A stretch of DNA of 64,000 bases from a virus: IMG/VR virus record IMGVR_UViG_3300030104_005963; one strand, 5' to 3'. Below the pieces are notes generated by a model. That model did not search any database. It was not told the DNA's origin and saw nothing but the letters and a program-made list of their open reading frames with translations. A program made the translations under genes and the position numbers. Shown here one piece after another: positions 9,976 to 20,284 of this stretch. The stretch's first letter is position 1. The number at the start of each line of letters is the position of its first letter.

Positions 9976-9983
9976 ACTAAATA
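9976..9983 (+). promoter_or_regulatory. Probable late promoter variant ACTAAATA
   Basis: Resembles T4 TATAAATA; about 30 bp upstream of the ATG at 10016. Confidence 0.55.
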
Positions 9984-10015
9984 AAATATAGAAATAGTAT
10001 AGAAGCAGTAATACA

Positions 10016-13000
10016 ATGCCTCTGAATAAATTAGAGAACTTTCTGAAGAATGTAGAAGGTCGTATTCTATATGTTAGTCCGGCAGATCTTGACTCTACTG
10101 ACAGCATATTAAATCAAGGTAATTCTCAAACCAAACCATTTAAAACTCTGCAGAGAGCATTAATTGAAGCTGCGAGATTCTCTTATAATGTAGGAAGAAA
10201 TAACGATAGTACAGAAAAGACCACCATTCTTCTCATGCCAGGTGAGCATGAAGTTGATAATCGTCCAGGACACACAATAAGAGATGCTGGTAGTGAAGGA
10301 CTTCAATTAAAAAAATCTGATGGAACTACTGTATCAAATGAAAGTATAAGTCTTAAATTAGAAACAAATTTTGATATAAATCAGGAAGATAATATTCTTT
10401 ATAAGTTCAATAGTGTACATGGTGGAGTCATTGTACCTAGAGGAACTTCTATTGTTGGTCTTGATTTAAGAAAAACAAAGATAAGACCAAAATATGTTCC
10501 AAACCCAACTGATGATACCGTACCATACTCTGCCGTTTTTAGAGTAACCGGTGCATGTTATTTTTGGCAGTTCAGTATTTTTGATGGAAATGAATTAGGA
10601 AAAGTATATACAGATCATAAAGTTTTTAATAATACATTAAATCAAGTACAACCAACTTTTTCTCACCATAAACTTACTTGTTTTGAATATGCTGATGGTG
10701 TAAATGATGTGCAAGATACTGGTCTTACAGACCTTGATATGTACTATTATAAACTATCTCGTGCATATAATACTGCATCTAATAGAAATATTGAAGAGAA
10801 GTTTTTGGTTGATGGTAGTGGAACAGGACTAGATGGTTTTGCAAAACAAAGACCAGAATGGGAGATTGTTGGTGCATTTGCAAATGATCCTGTTACAGTT
10901 ACAAAAATACAGTCTGGTTCTCTTCCAGGTGTTCCTACAAATCAGATAACAGTTACCACACAGGGAGCACATAATTTTTCTGTAGGAACTCCAATTAAAA
11001 TTAAAGGAGTAAGTAGACCTGAATATAATATTTCAACAAAGGTAGCAACAACTGATCCAGTTTTTGATAATAAATTTACATATACACTACCAGATTTTCC
11101 TATAGATCTTGACCCTGAACCTGAAGTTGATGGTGCCCTTATAACTATTGAGACCGATACAGTATCTGGTGCATCACCATATATCTTCAATATCTCTCTA
11201 CGTTCCGTATGGGGTATGAATGGGATGTGTGCGGATGGTTCCAAAGCATCAGGTTTCCGTTCAATGGTTGTGGCTCAATTTACTGGAGTGAGTCTGCAGA
11301 AAGATGATAGAGCATTTGTAAAATATGATCCTAGTAGCAGAGTATATCGAGGTCTTACCATTGACCCAGTAAAAGGAACTAAACTTGCTTTAGAATCTTC
11401 ATCTATTAGTGGCGCCACAGTTTATCATTTAGACTCTGAGGCAATTTATAGAAAAGATTGGCAGACAACTCATGTTAAGATAACAAATGATGCAGTCTTA
11501 CAGATTGTTTCTGTATTTGCCATTGGTTATGCGAAACATTTTGAGGCACAAAGTGGTGGTGATGCATCAATCACCAACTCAAACTCTAACTTTGGTCAAC
11601 TAGCTCTCGTTGCCGATGGATTTAAAAAAGATGCATTTAAGAAAGATGATAATGCATTTATAACACATGTTATCACACCAAAAGCAATTGTTTCTAAAGA
11701 AGAAGATATTGAATGGGTACAAATTAGTGCAAAAATTATTACAGGTGAAACTGATAGATTATATCTATTCGGATATTCTGAAAATGCAAGTGATACTAAT
11801 GATAAACCACACTCTAAAGATATTAAACCACCTTTCCTTACACAAGGATTCCGAATTGGTGCGAGAGTAGGTGAAAAGTTATATGCAAATATTGAGGGAT
11901 ATCCTGGTAGTGGACCTGATGGTACGTCTGTAGCAGACATTTTAATGCATGAACAGGGATCATCAATTGCGACTACTAGTGCCAGAAGAACTGTTTATAT
12001 AAATGCCGCTCTGGGATCTGAGGGTACATTTAGAACTTCAAATGCCCAGGGAACGACGATACCACATGATTTTGCTACAGGAGAAAAAATTATTGTTATT
12101 GCTGAAGATGGTGATTTACCAGAAAATATTCTGGAACATAAAGTTTATTTTGCTATAACTCAAAGTGCCGATGGCAATTTAACAAATTCAAGACTACGGT
12201 TAGCATTATCATTTTCCGATGCCGAAAATAATGTTGCAATAAAAAATACTTTTATTAATATTCCCGATACAAATAACCCAAGACTTAAAATAACAACCAG
12301 AGTAACCGACAAGGAAGCAGGAGATGTAGGACATCCAATTCAGTATGATACAACTGAAGGATGGTATATTACCACTAATCGTAATTCAGAAATTAGACAA
12401 AAAATTATTGAACAACTACAGGCTGCTGCTCTCGATCCTGATTTAGAACCACTTAAAAGAACTGATATATCTTTCTTCTTTAGAATTCCCGATACTAGAA
12501 GTCTAGATGATAAAATATTTAAAACAAGAGTATCAATTCCAAAAGAAGTACAAAATGGAAAAAATATTCAAAATGGATTTGTTCTTCAAGAATCTTCTTC
12601 AACTAATGTAAGAACAGTAAATGATTTAAAACTTAGTGGTAATTTGACAGCATCTGATTTTGCATATCAAAGAAACCAGAGATTTATTAGTAGTTGTCAA
12701 TTTACTGCTGGATCAGGTTCAACTCCAGGCACAGTTACGGTAGAAACAGAACGCCCACATAATCTTCAAAATGGTGATTTAGTTAAAATTGATGGAATTA
12801 GAAATAGTGATAATACTGATGGTGTTTCTGGAAGAGGATATAATATAGAGACAAAGGTTGATGTTGTTGACAACATGACATTCAAATATGATGCACCAAT
12901 TACTTTAAGCACTCAACCGACAACCAATTTCCGTATTGATAAATCTCCAGAAATAGGAGGAGTTAGTATTGCATCTTCCTTACCAAGATTCACTAGAAAA

Positions 13001-16000
13001 GATTTACAATCAAATTTATATTTTTATAGAAATGATGTTGTAACAGAATATGATGAGGGAGTAGAGACCGGTGTATATCATGGATATCAATTATTTGCCG
13101 ATTTAAAAGTTCCAACTGAATTTGATGAAAATGAATATGGACAGACAGTTGTTGATTTATATCCACAATTAGATCGTGATAATCATAATGATACACCTCG
13201 TGCCGCAAAATCATTTGCCCTTAGAGCTCCTCTCGGAAAGGTTGTCACTAATGATCTTCTGAATAGTATTACTAGAGAATCAATTGATAAATTACTTGTT
13301 AAATTTGGATCTGGAATGGATATATCATCATTCGTAGATAGTAGTAATACTGGTCTCATTCAATTAGAAAGAGATCATAATATTCGTGGTATTGCCTCAG
13401 CAGTATTAGAGAATGGTAGTAATTCTGGAATGACCGATGGTACATATGAAAATGTAAAAATATTTAATGGTTCAGTTGCTGGAGGTAATTGGAGCGGAGC
13501 TTTAGGAAAGGTCACTATCAATGGTGGAGCAATACAAGCTGGATATGAAATTACAAATCCAGGTTCAGGATTTTCTCCATCTGGAACCGAATTTGGACAC
13601 TGGGATAATACTGTTATTGGTGGTTCTGATGGTGCTGCCAGATTAGGTAGTGCTAGTGGTGTAGCACTTAAAAATGATAATTTAACATCTTCACACGAAA
13701 ATCTTGTCATACAAATTACAGGTTCTGGTATTAGAGAGGATGCATATTTTAGAACCAAATCTATTCCAACATCAAATAGAATTGAAATATACAAAACTAC
13801 AAATGATCCTATTATTAGTTCTGATCAATATGTCTTTATTGTCGGGAGTGCTTCCAATATAAGCACAATTAGTGATTCAAATGGAACAGTAACTGTCACC
13901 ACTACAAGACCTCATGGTCTAGAAAAAGGAAATAGATTCCAATTAAATGATAGTAATAACAATAATTTAGGAGCATTTATTGTATTTGATAAAAAAAATC
14001 CAACTGAGTTTGTATTTAATAGAGGTGATACAAATATCAGTGCAACTTCTGGTTGGATTTTAAAACATGGATTGTCCGCAAATGATGGATTCACCGGAAA
14101 AGGTGGAGAAAATCTAAGTGTAAGAGGAACTCCACTTTATGGTCTTGAAGATGGGATACTTACTGGTGGTATGAGTGCCGAAGGAACTACAATATCATTT
14201 GATCTTTTTGATATACCTAATATAGGTATTCAGAAGGGTGCCGGAGTAAGATTCCCACAAGGCAGTTACATTCAAATTGATGATGAAATTTTAAGAATTG
14301 CATCATTTACGGATAGTAGAACAGATGGTTCATTACCTGGTACTACTGTTATTCGTGGTGTATTTGGAACTCGGGCGTCAGCACATGTCAGTGGTTCTTT
14401 AGTGATAAAATTGAGTCCTATTCCATTGGAACTGCACAGATATTCAATTCTTCGTGCCTCTGGACATACATTTGAATATCTTGGATATGGTCCTGGTAAT
14501 TATTCTACCGCACTTCCACAAGTTCAAGTCAAAACACTTACAGAAAAAGAAGAATTCTTATCACAGGCACAAGAAAAAGCAGCAGGATCTGTTGTTTATA
14601 CCGGTATGAATGATAAGGGTGATTTCTTTATTGGCAATTCAAAAAAATCTGCACTGACTGGTGAAGAAATCACATTTGATAATCCTGTTCCGACTGTTGC
14701 CGGTGAAGATCCTTCGAGATTAAGTGTGGTATTTGATGAGGTTACAATTAAAGAACGACTTGTCGTCGAAGGTGGTAGAAACAATAATATTCTTTCACAG
14801 TTTGATGGACCAACCAACTTTAATGAAAATGTTAGATTTGGTAGAGATTCAAAAGTAACCATAAAGAATGATACATTAGCAGCTGACGGTGGAGCACTTT
14901 CTGTTGATGGTGGTGTTGTTGTCGATGAAGATTTAGATATTGGTGGAAACATCAAAACTAATGATCTTACCGTAACTGGTAACACCAAGCTTGGTAATTC
15001 ATTACTTAATGATGAGATAGAATTAAAAGCAGCATTTACTTCATCATTAATTCCTAAAACTGAAAGTACTTATAATATTGGAACTAGTGATTATACATGG
15101 AATAATCTTTATGCTGGTGGAACTGGTTTTATTAATAAAATTCGTATTCTAGATTCTGAAGATAATACTCTTGGCGGTAAAAATAGTGGTTCTGCTCAAT
15201 TTGATGGTGGAGTAGGTATTGAAAAATCTCTCACTGCTGGTGGTCAAATTCAAGCAAATACAGGATTCAGACTTCCATATACTATGACTCTTGCATGGAA
15301 AGACGATAGTCTACAAATATATCATGAAAATGATGGTGAAAATGCAATCATTAAGTATGATGGAACGGCAGAGAATAAGGGAATGTTCCTTTTTGGTCAA
15401 AATACTGTTCTCACAAATAGAGATAATACTGAAGCATTTATTGAATGTTATGGTAATGTTTCTAATAATGTAAGTAATATATCTGAAACACATGTCAGAC
15501 TATGTGCAGGTGGGAATGTAAAACTGAATACAAAGAGTGCTGGTGTTGATATCAATGGACAACTTGATGTAACTGGAAATGCAAGTTTTGCTAACAATAC
15601 TGTAACAATTGGAAGTAATACAGTTACGGCAGAAACATTTGCAGGAACTGCCGCGGTGGCACAGAAAGTTAAAATGAGAGGTGCAATTCAAGATGCCAAT
15701 GGTGGAGATGATGGAAAATCTAGTGATATTTTTACAGTTTTATTAGGACCGACTTCAAGCACTAATACTGGCAAAGGTGAGCAACAGGTTTATAGAACAA
15801 GACATCTATATTTTAATATTGCTGAAAGTGACGGAGCTAACTCTGCTGATCGAGCACTTCTCGTAAATGGTGATATTATCGCATTTGCTGGCAAAAGTCT
15901 TTCTGCATCTGACGATAAATTAAAAACTGATAGATCTCCGATCAGTGATGCACTTAATAAAGTCAATTCTATAAACGGATTTACTTATAACTGGAATGAT

Positions 16001-16228
16001 AAGGCAAAAGACCTACTAGATTTAAAATCAGATAAACTTCAAATTGGTGTTTCTGCACAGGAAGTTCAATCAGTTGTTCCTGAAGTAGTTAAATCTACAC
16101 AAGTTCCTAATGGTGATGAAGAAATTCTAGTTGTTTCATATGAGAAACTTGTTCCTCTCTTAATTGAGGCAATCAAGGAACTCAGTGATAAGGTTGATAA
16201 CCTTGAACAAAAATTATCAGATAAATAA
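10016..16228 (+). CDS. Large tail fibre/tailspike protein with beta-helix region and C-terminal S74-like chaperone
   Basis: 2070 aa; N-terminal ILYVSP...GNSQTKPFKTLQRAL cap; C-terminal SDDKLKTD...ALNKV...GVSAQEVQSVVPEVV...YEKLVPLLIEAIKEL. Confidence 0.85.
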   Translation: MPLNKLENFLKNVEGRILYVSPADLDSTDSILNQGNSQTKPFKTLQRALIEAARFSYNVGRNNDSTEKTTILLMPGEHEVDNRPGHTIRDAGSEGLQLKKSDGTTVSNESISLKLETNFDINQEDNILYKFNSVHGGVIVPRGTSIVGLDLRKTKIRPKYVPNPTDDTVPYSAVFRVTGACYFWQFSIFDGNELGKVYTDHKVFNNTLNQVQPTFSHHKLTCFEYADGVNDVQDTGLTDLDMYYYKLSRAYNTASNRNIEEKFLVDGSGTGLDGFAKQRPEWEIVGAFANDPVTVTKIQSGSLPGVPTNQITVTTQGAHNFSVGTPIKIKGVSRPEYNISTKVATTDPVFDNKFTYTLPDFPIDLDPEPEVDGALITIETDTVSGASPYIFNISLRSVWGMNGMCADGSKASGFRSMVVAQFTGVSLQKDDRAFVKYDPSSRVYRGLTIDPVKGTKLALESSSISGATVYHLDSEAIYRKDWQTTHVKITNDAVLQIVSVFAIGYAKHFEAQSGGDASITNSNSNFGQLALVADGFKKDAFKKDDNAFITHVITPKAIVSKEEDIEWVQISAKIITGETDRLYLFGYSENASDTNDKPHSKDIKPPFLTQGFRIGARVGEKLYANIEGYPGSGPDGTSVADILMHEQGSSIATTSARRTVYINAALGSEGTFRTSNAQGTTIPHDFATGEKIIVIAEDGDLPENILEHKVYFAITQSADGNLTNSRLRLALSFSDAENNVAIKNTFINIPDTNNPRLKITTRVTDKEAGDVGHPIQYDTTEGWYITTNRNSEIRQKIIEQLQAAALDPDLEPLKRTDISFFFRIPDTRSLDDKIFKTRVSIPKEVQNGKNIQNGFVLQESSSTNVRTVNDLKLSGNLTASDFAYQRNQRFISSCQFTAGSGSTPGTVTVETERPHNLQNGDLVKIDGIRNSDNTDGVSGRGYNIETKVDVVDNMTFKYDAPITLSTQPTTNFRIDKSPEIGGVSIASSLPRFTRKDLQSNLYFYRNDVVTEYDEGVETGVYHGYQLFADLKVPTEFDENEYGQTVVDLYPQLDRDNHNDTPRAAKSFALRAPLGKVVTNDLLNSITRESIDKLLVKFGSGMDISSFVDSSNTGLIQLERDHNIRGIASAVLENGSNSGMTDGTYENVKIFNGSVAGGNWSGALGKVTINGGAIQAGYEITNPGSGFSPSGTEFGHWDNTVIGGSDGAARLGSASGVALKNDNLTSSHENLVIQITGSGIREDAYFRTKSIPTSNRIEIYKTTNDPIISSDQYVFIVGSASNISTISDSNGTVTVTTTRPHGLEKGNRFQLNDSNNNNLGAFIVFDKKNPTEFVFNRGDTNISATSGWILKHGLSANDGFTGKGGENLSVRGTPLYGLEDGILTGGMSAEGTTISFDLFDIPNIGIQKGAGVRFPQGSYIQIDDEILRIASFTDSRTDGSLPGTTVIRGVFGTRASAHVSGSLVIKLSPIPLELHRYSILRASGHTFEYLGYGPGNYSTALPQVQVKTLTEKEEFLSQAQEKAAGSVVYTGMNDKGDFFIGNSKKSALTGEEITFDNPVPTVAGEDPSRLSVVFDEVTIKERLVVEGGRNNNILSQFDGPTNFNENVRFGRDSKVTIKNDTLAADGGALSVDGGVVVDEDLDIGGNIKTNDLTVTGNTKLGNSLLNDEIELKAAFTSSLIPKTESTYNIGTSDYTWNNLYAGGTGFINKIRILDSEDNTLGGKNSGSAQFDGGVGIEKSLTAGGQIQANTGFRLPYTMTLAWKDDSLQIYHENDGENAIIKYDGTAENKGMFLFGQNTVLTNRDNTEAFIECYGNVSNNVSNISETHVRLCAGGNVKLNTKSAGVDINGQLDVTGNASFANNTVTIGSNTVTAETFAGTAAVAQKVKMRGAIQDANGGDDGKSSDIFTVLLGPTSSTNTGKGEQQVYRTRHLYFNIAESDGANSADRALLVNGDIIAFAGKSLSASDDKLKTDRSPISDALNKVNSINGFTYNWNDKAKDLLDLKSDKLQIGVSAQEVQSVVPEVVKSTQVPNGDEEILVVSYEKLVPLLIEAIKELSDKVDNLEQKLSDK
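16220..16227 (+). promoter_or_regulatory. Probable late promoter GATAAATA
   Basis: One mismatch to TATAAATA, just upstream of the ATG at 16242. Confidence 0.55.
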
Positions 16229-16241
16229 CTAAAAAGGCATA

Positions 16242-19241
16242 ATGGCAAATTATATAAAGTCATTTAATTTTAGGAATGGGGTGCAGGTTGACAATGATAA
16301 CTTCATTGTTAATGCTGCTGGTCGAGTTGGAATCGGAACTACCGTACCTGATAAAATTCTTGATGTAAGAGGAAATGCCAAAGTTGTAGGACATATTACC
16401 GCAACGGATGCAAGTGTAAGTGGAATTGTAACTGTAGGAAGTATTACCATAAATGGAAACACCGGAACAATAAGTGCCACTAATTTTTCTGGTGCTGGTG
16501 GAGATTTTGGTAATGCACCAGTTGTTGCTATATCAACCATCGGATTTATTGCTGGTCCAACTGGATTAACGACAACAAATAATTTAGGTATTGGAACAAA
16601 TAGTACTGGATTTCAACTACAAGTAGGAGGAAATCCATCATCTTCTATAGGATTTGGTGTTACTGATGGTAATGTAACAGCAAGTGGAAATTTAAAGGTG
16701 AGTGGAATTACCACACTTGGAATTACTACTACCACAACTTTATTTTCAAATAATTTAAGATCTGATAAAGTTACAACTAGAAAGGTCATAGTTGGTGCTA
16801 ATATTGTTGCAGAAGCAGGTATTGTTACATCACTTCTATTTGATGGCAATTTGACCGGTAATGTGACCGGCAATGTAACCGGTAATCTTAATTCTACCGG
16901 TGTATCTACAGTTGGTACACTTAAAGTTGGTACTGGTATTACCGCCTCAGGTGGAATTATAACTGCCACTACATTTGATGGTAATATAACCGGCAATGTA
17001 ACCGGTAATCTTAATTCTACCGGTGTATCTACAGTCGGAACACTTAAAGTTGGTACTGGTATTACCGCCTCAGGTGGAATTATTACCGCAACAACATTCG
17101 ATGGTAATGTAGCAACCGCAATATCATTTGCCAATGCCAGAAACTTTAGTGTTACTGGGGATTTGGAAGCAAGTTCTGTATCATTTGATGGAACTGCTAA
17201 TGTTTCATTAGCATCAACACTTTCAAATAGTTTTAGTGCTAATACTTCGGGTATTATTACTGCCGCAACCATAGTTGGTTCTGCAGGTTCATTTAGTTCC
17301 ATTGGTATTCATACATCGGCACCAACAACTGATTTACAGATTAGAAAGTCGTCTGGTGAAGCAATATTAGAAGTTATTTCAGATACTGGTAGTGCTTCTA
17401 TTAGTATTGGAAAAAATACAGGTGCCGGAACAAGTAGTGCATCATTTAATTATGGTTCTACAAGTGGATTTGGAAATTTCAGTACACCAAAATCACTTGA
17501 TATTATAAACAGAGATACTGGTAATATTAATTATTTCTTATCTAATACTGCGTTAACAGATTCTGGATTTATCTGGCACAGAGGATCGGCTAATCAGTTA
17601 ATGACATTGACTAAGGGAGGAAATCTGGGAATTGGCATTACAAATCCAACACATAAATTACATGTTCAGGGTATTTCTACATTTACTGGGCCCGCACATT
17701 TTGATGGAAATTTAACTGTTGATTCAAATCTATCTATTACTGGGTCTTTATCTGTTCGAGACATAACCAGTAGTATTGATATTAATGGTATTGTAACCGC
17801 AACTAAGTTTGTTGGAGATGGATCTGGACTTACTAATCTAATAGGTACTGGTTCTGGAGTTGAAATTCGAAATGATGGATCACCCGTAGGAACAGCTTCA
17901 ACAATAGACTTTATAGGAACTGATGTAACCGCAACAATTTCTGGTGGTGTTGCAAGTGTAGAAATTACTACTTCTGGTGGAGGATCTTCTGGTGTTACTG
18001 TAAAAAATAGTGGTTCGACAGTTGGTATTGCCACAAATATAGATTTTGGAAGTAATTTATCTGTATCTGCAGTTTCTGCCGGTATCGTAACAATTACTGC
18101 CTCTGGTGGAGGAACTTCTGATATAGCATCTTATGCACATAACGCAGGAGTATCTACAGTAGCAGGAATAGCAACTTATACATCAGAATGGACATTAGGA
18201 AATAATGGAACTAGTCATTATACATTTACTGGTCCAGGTCTGACTGGTGCCGAAGATGATCCAGAAATTTATTTGATTAGGGGACAACAATATAAGTTCA
18301 CTAATAATATGAATGCTCATCCCTTTAAGATTCAGAGCACTCCAAATGGATCAAATCCTGCTGATTCAGGAACTGTATATAATGATGGAATTACAAATAA
18401 TCTTGTATCTAATGGCACATTAACTTGGAATGTTCAGTTTGATACCCCTTCTATACTATATTATCAGTGTACTTCTCATACTAATATGGGAGGTATTATT
18501 CGTATTTTAGATGCGGTAACTACAGACTCCAGTGTTACTGATGTTATTACAATTTCATCTTCAACTGATGTTTTATCTGCCGTAGATCCCGGTGCAGATA
18601 GATTAGTATTTTGGGATGAATCTAATAATAAATTATCATACTTGACCGTTGGTGCTAATCTTACTCTTAATGATGACATCATTAGTGCTACTAGTGGTGA
18701 TGTTGTTGTTAATGATACAACACCACAACTTGGTGGTAATTTAGATCTTAATAGTAAAGACATAACCGGAACTGGTAATGTTAATATTACTGGTGTTATA
18801 ACGGCAACATCTTTTAGTGGAAACTTAACCGGTAATGTTAATTCTACTGGTGTATCTACAGTTGGTACACTTAAAGTTGGTACTGGTATTACTGCATCAG
18901 GTGGAATTATAACTGCCACTACATTTGATGGATCTTTAAAAGGTCTTCCTCAAAATGCTCAAACATCGGCATATGTATTAGTCGCATCTGATGCAGGAAA
19001 ACATGTCGCAATTAGTACCGGAGGAGTCACTCTTAATACTGGAATATTTGAAGTTGGGGATACAGTTACGGTGTTTAATGATTCGGCATATACTCAAATG
19101 ATCAATGCTGCTTCTGGGGTAACTGTGAGAAGAGTATCTATTGGTGATTTGGGAAGTAGAGGATTGAATCAATACGGTCTTGCAACAATTATGTGTATTA
19201 GAAATAATGAGTATGTAATTTCTGGAGCAGGATTAACATAA
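16242..19241 (+). CDS. Tail fibre-like protein with internal repeats and a cupredoxin-like domain
   Basis: 999 aa; GRVGIGT fibre motifs, three copies of a ~41-aa unit, and H693...C743-x2-H746-x2-M749. Confidence 0.8.
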   Translation: MANYIKSFNFRNGVQVDNDNFIVNAAGRVGIGTTVPDKILDVRGNAKVVGHITATDASVSGIVTVGSITINGNTGTISATNFSGAGGDFGNAPVVAISTIGFIAGPTGLTTTNNLGIGTNSTGFQLQVGGNPSSSIGFGVTDGNVTASGNLKVSGITTLGITTTTTLFSNNLRSDKVTTRKVIVGANIVAEAGIVTSLLFDGNLTGNVTGNVTGNLNSTGVSTVGTLKVGTGITASGGIITATTFDGNITGNVTGNLNSTGVSTVGTLKVGTGITASGGIITATTFDGNVATAISFANARNFSVTGDLEASSVSFDGTANVSLASTLSNSFSANTSGIITAATIVGSAGSFSSIGIHTSAPTTDLQIRKSSGEAILEVISDTGSASISIGKNTGAGTSSASFNYGSTSGFGNFSTPKSLDIINRDTGNINYFLSNTALTDSGFIWHRGSANQLMTLTKGGNLGIGITNPTHKLHVQGISTFTGPAHFDGNLTVDSNLSITGSLSVRDITSSIDINGIVTATKFVGDGSGLTNLIGTGSGVEIRNDGSPVGTASTIDFIGTDVTATISGGVASVEITTSGGGSSGVTVKNSGSTVGIATNIDFGSNLSVSAVSAGIVTITASGGGTSDIASYAHNAGVSTVAGIATYTSEWTLGNNGTSHYTFTGPGLTGAEDDPEIYLIRGQQYKFTNNMNAHPFKIQSTPNGSNPADSGTVYNDGITNNLVSNGTLTWNVQFDTPSILYYQCTSHTNMGGIIRILDAVTTDSSVTDVITISSSTDVLSAVDPGADRLVFWDESNNKLSYLTVGANLTLNDDIISATSGDVVVNDTTPQLGGNLDLNSKDITGTGNVNITGVITATSFSGNLTGNVNSTGVSTVGTLKVGTGITASGGIITATTFDGSLKGLPQNAQTSAYVLVASDAGKHVAISTGGVTLNTGIFEVGDTVTVFNDSAYTQMINAASGVTVRRVSIGDLGSRGLNQYGLATIMCIRNNEYVISGAGLT
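16866..17108 (+). repeat. 123-bp near-identical tandem duplication (third copy at 18828-18931)
   Basis: accggcaatgtaaccggtaatcttaattctaccggtgtatctacag...gatggtaat starts at 16866 and 16989. Confidence 0.95.
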
Positions 19242-20269
19242 TGACAGTATCCATAGTTTCGACAAATATAGGAAGTCAGGTTGGAATATCCTATAGTTTT
19301 ACCTCACATCTGGATAAAAACGATTTAACTAGACCTACTATATCTTTAAATATTCATCATTTGAATGAAGGTCCAAGTGCATCAAAACCTGTAATGGTTT
19401 CTATTCATGGTGGCGGATGGTATGCCGGTGATAAAAATAATTTTGATAGATATAAACCAAAATTTTTTAATGAATTGGGTATGATATATGTAAGTATCAA
19501 CTATAGATTGTGCAGACCATATAGTACAACAAATGATGGTGTATATGGTGATTGGGATGTTAATAGGGTAAAATTTCCGACAAATGTACAAGACTGTGCA
19601 AATTCCCTGAAATGGATTCGAGATAATATCTCTAATTATGGAGGAGATCCAAATAATATAAATTTATTAGGACATAGTGCAGGAGCACATCTTGCATTAT
19701 TGTTATCTACAAATACAGATTATATTAATGCTGTAGGAGTTCCTACAAGTTCTATTAAATCTTGCACTGCTATTGACACTACATTTTTAAATATATCAAG
19801 TTCAATTTCTGATAATGAATCAGTTGAAGGTAATGCAGCATTACTTTGTAGAAATGCATTTGGAGTTGAATATGATGCTAGTCGTTCTGGTGGATTTAAT
19901 GATTTTTCCGGTACTACGGAGCAAAATGCGGCATATACTGCGGGTTCTCCAGATCAACATGTATCAGCTGGAATAGTGACTAATTTCTTATTATGTATTC
20001 AAGGTAATACATCTAGAAGAAATAAAATGATTGCATTTAGAGATTCACTTCAAACTGCAGGAATTGGTAATTCATTATGTCTATACTTTGCTTCTGGGGG
20101 ATCAAATGCCACATATACACATGAAGAATTTCAAATATTTATTGGTGCCCCAACTGATAAACCCGATGGTGCTTATATTCCAACATCTACGGCCCTGGCT
20201 GGAGGACATGCAGATGTAGGCATAAGTACATTCATTTCTAGATACTTAACTCAAATAGGAATAATTTAA
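19241..20269 (+). CDS. Alpha/beta hydrolase (HSL-family esterase/deacetylase)
   Basis: HGGGW oxyanion motif (19406), YVSINYRL, GHSAG nucleophile elbow (Ser at 19676), C-terminal His (THEEF); start overlaps the upstream stop (TAATG). Confidence 0.9.
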   Translation: MTVSIVSTNIGSQVGISYSFTSHLDKNDLTRPTISLNIHHLNEGPSASKPVMVSIHGGGWYAGDKNNFDRYKPKFFNELGMIYVSINYRLCRPYSTTNDGVYGDWDVNRVKFPTNVQDCANSLKWIRDNISNYGGDPNNINLLGHSAGAHLALLLSTNTDYINAVGVPTSSIKSCTAIDTTFLNISSSISDNESVEGNAALLCRNAFGVEYDASRSGGFNDFSGTTEQNAAYTAGSPDQHVSAGIVTNFLLCIQGNTSRRNKMIAFRDSLQTAGIGNSLCLYFASGGSNATYTHEEFQIFIGAPTDKPDGAYIPTSTALAGGHADVGISTFISRYLTQIGII

Positions 20270-20284
20270 CAACAGAGGTATAAT

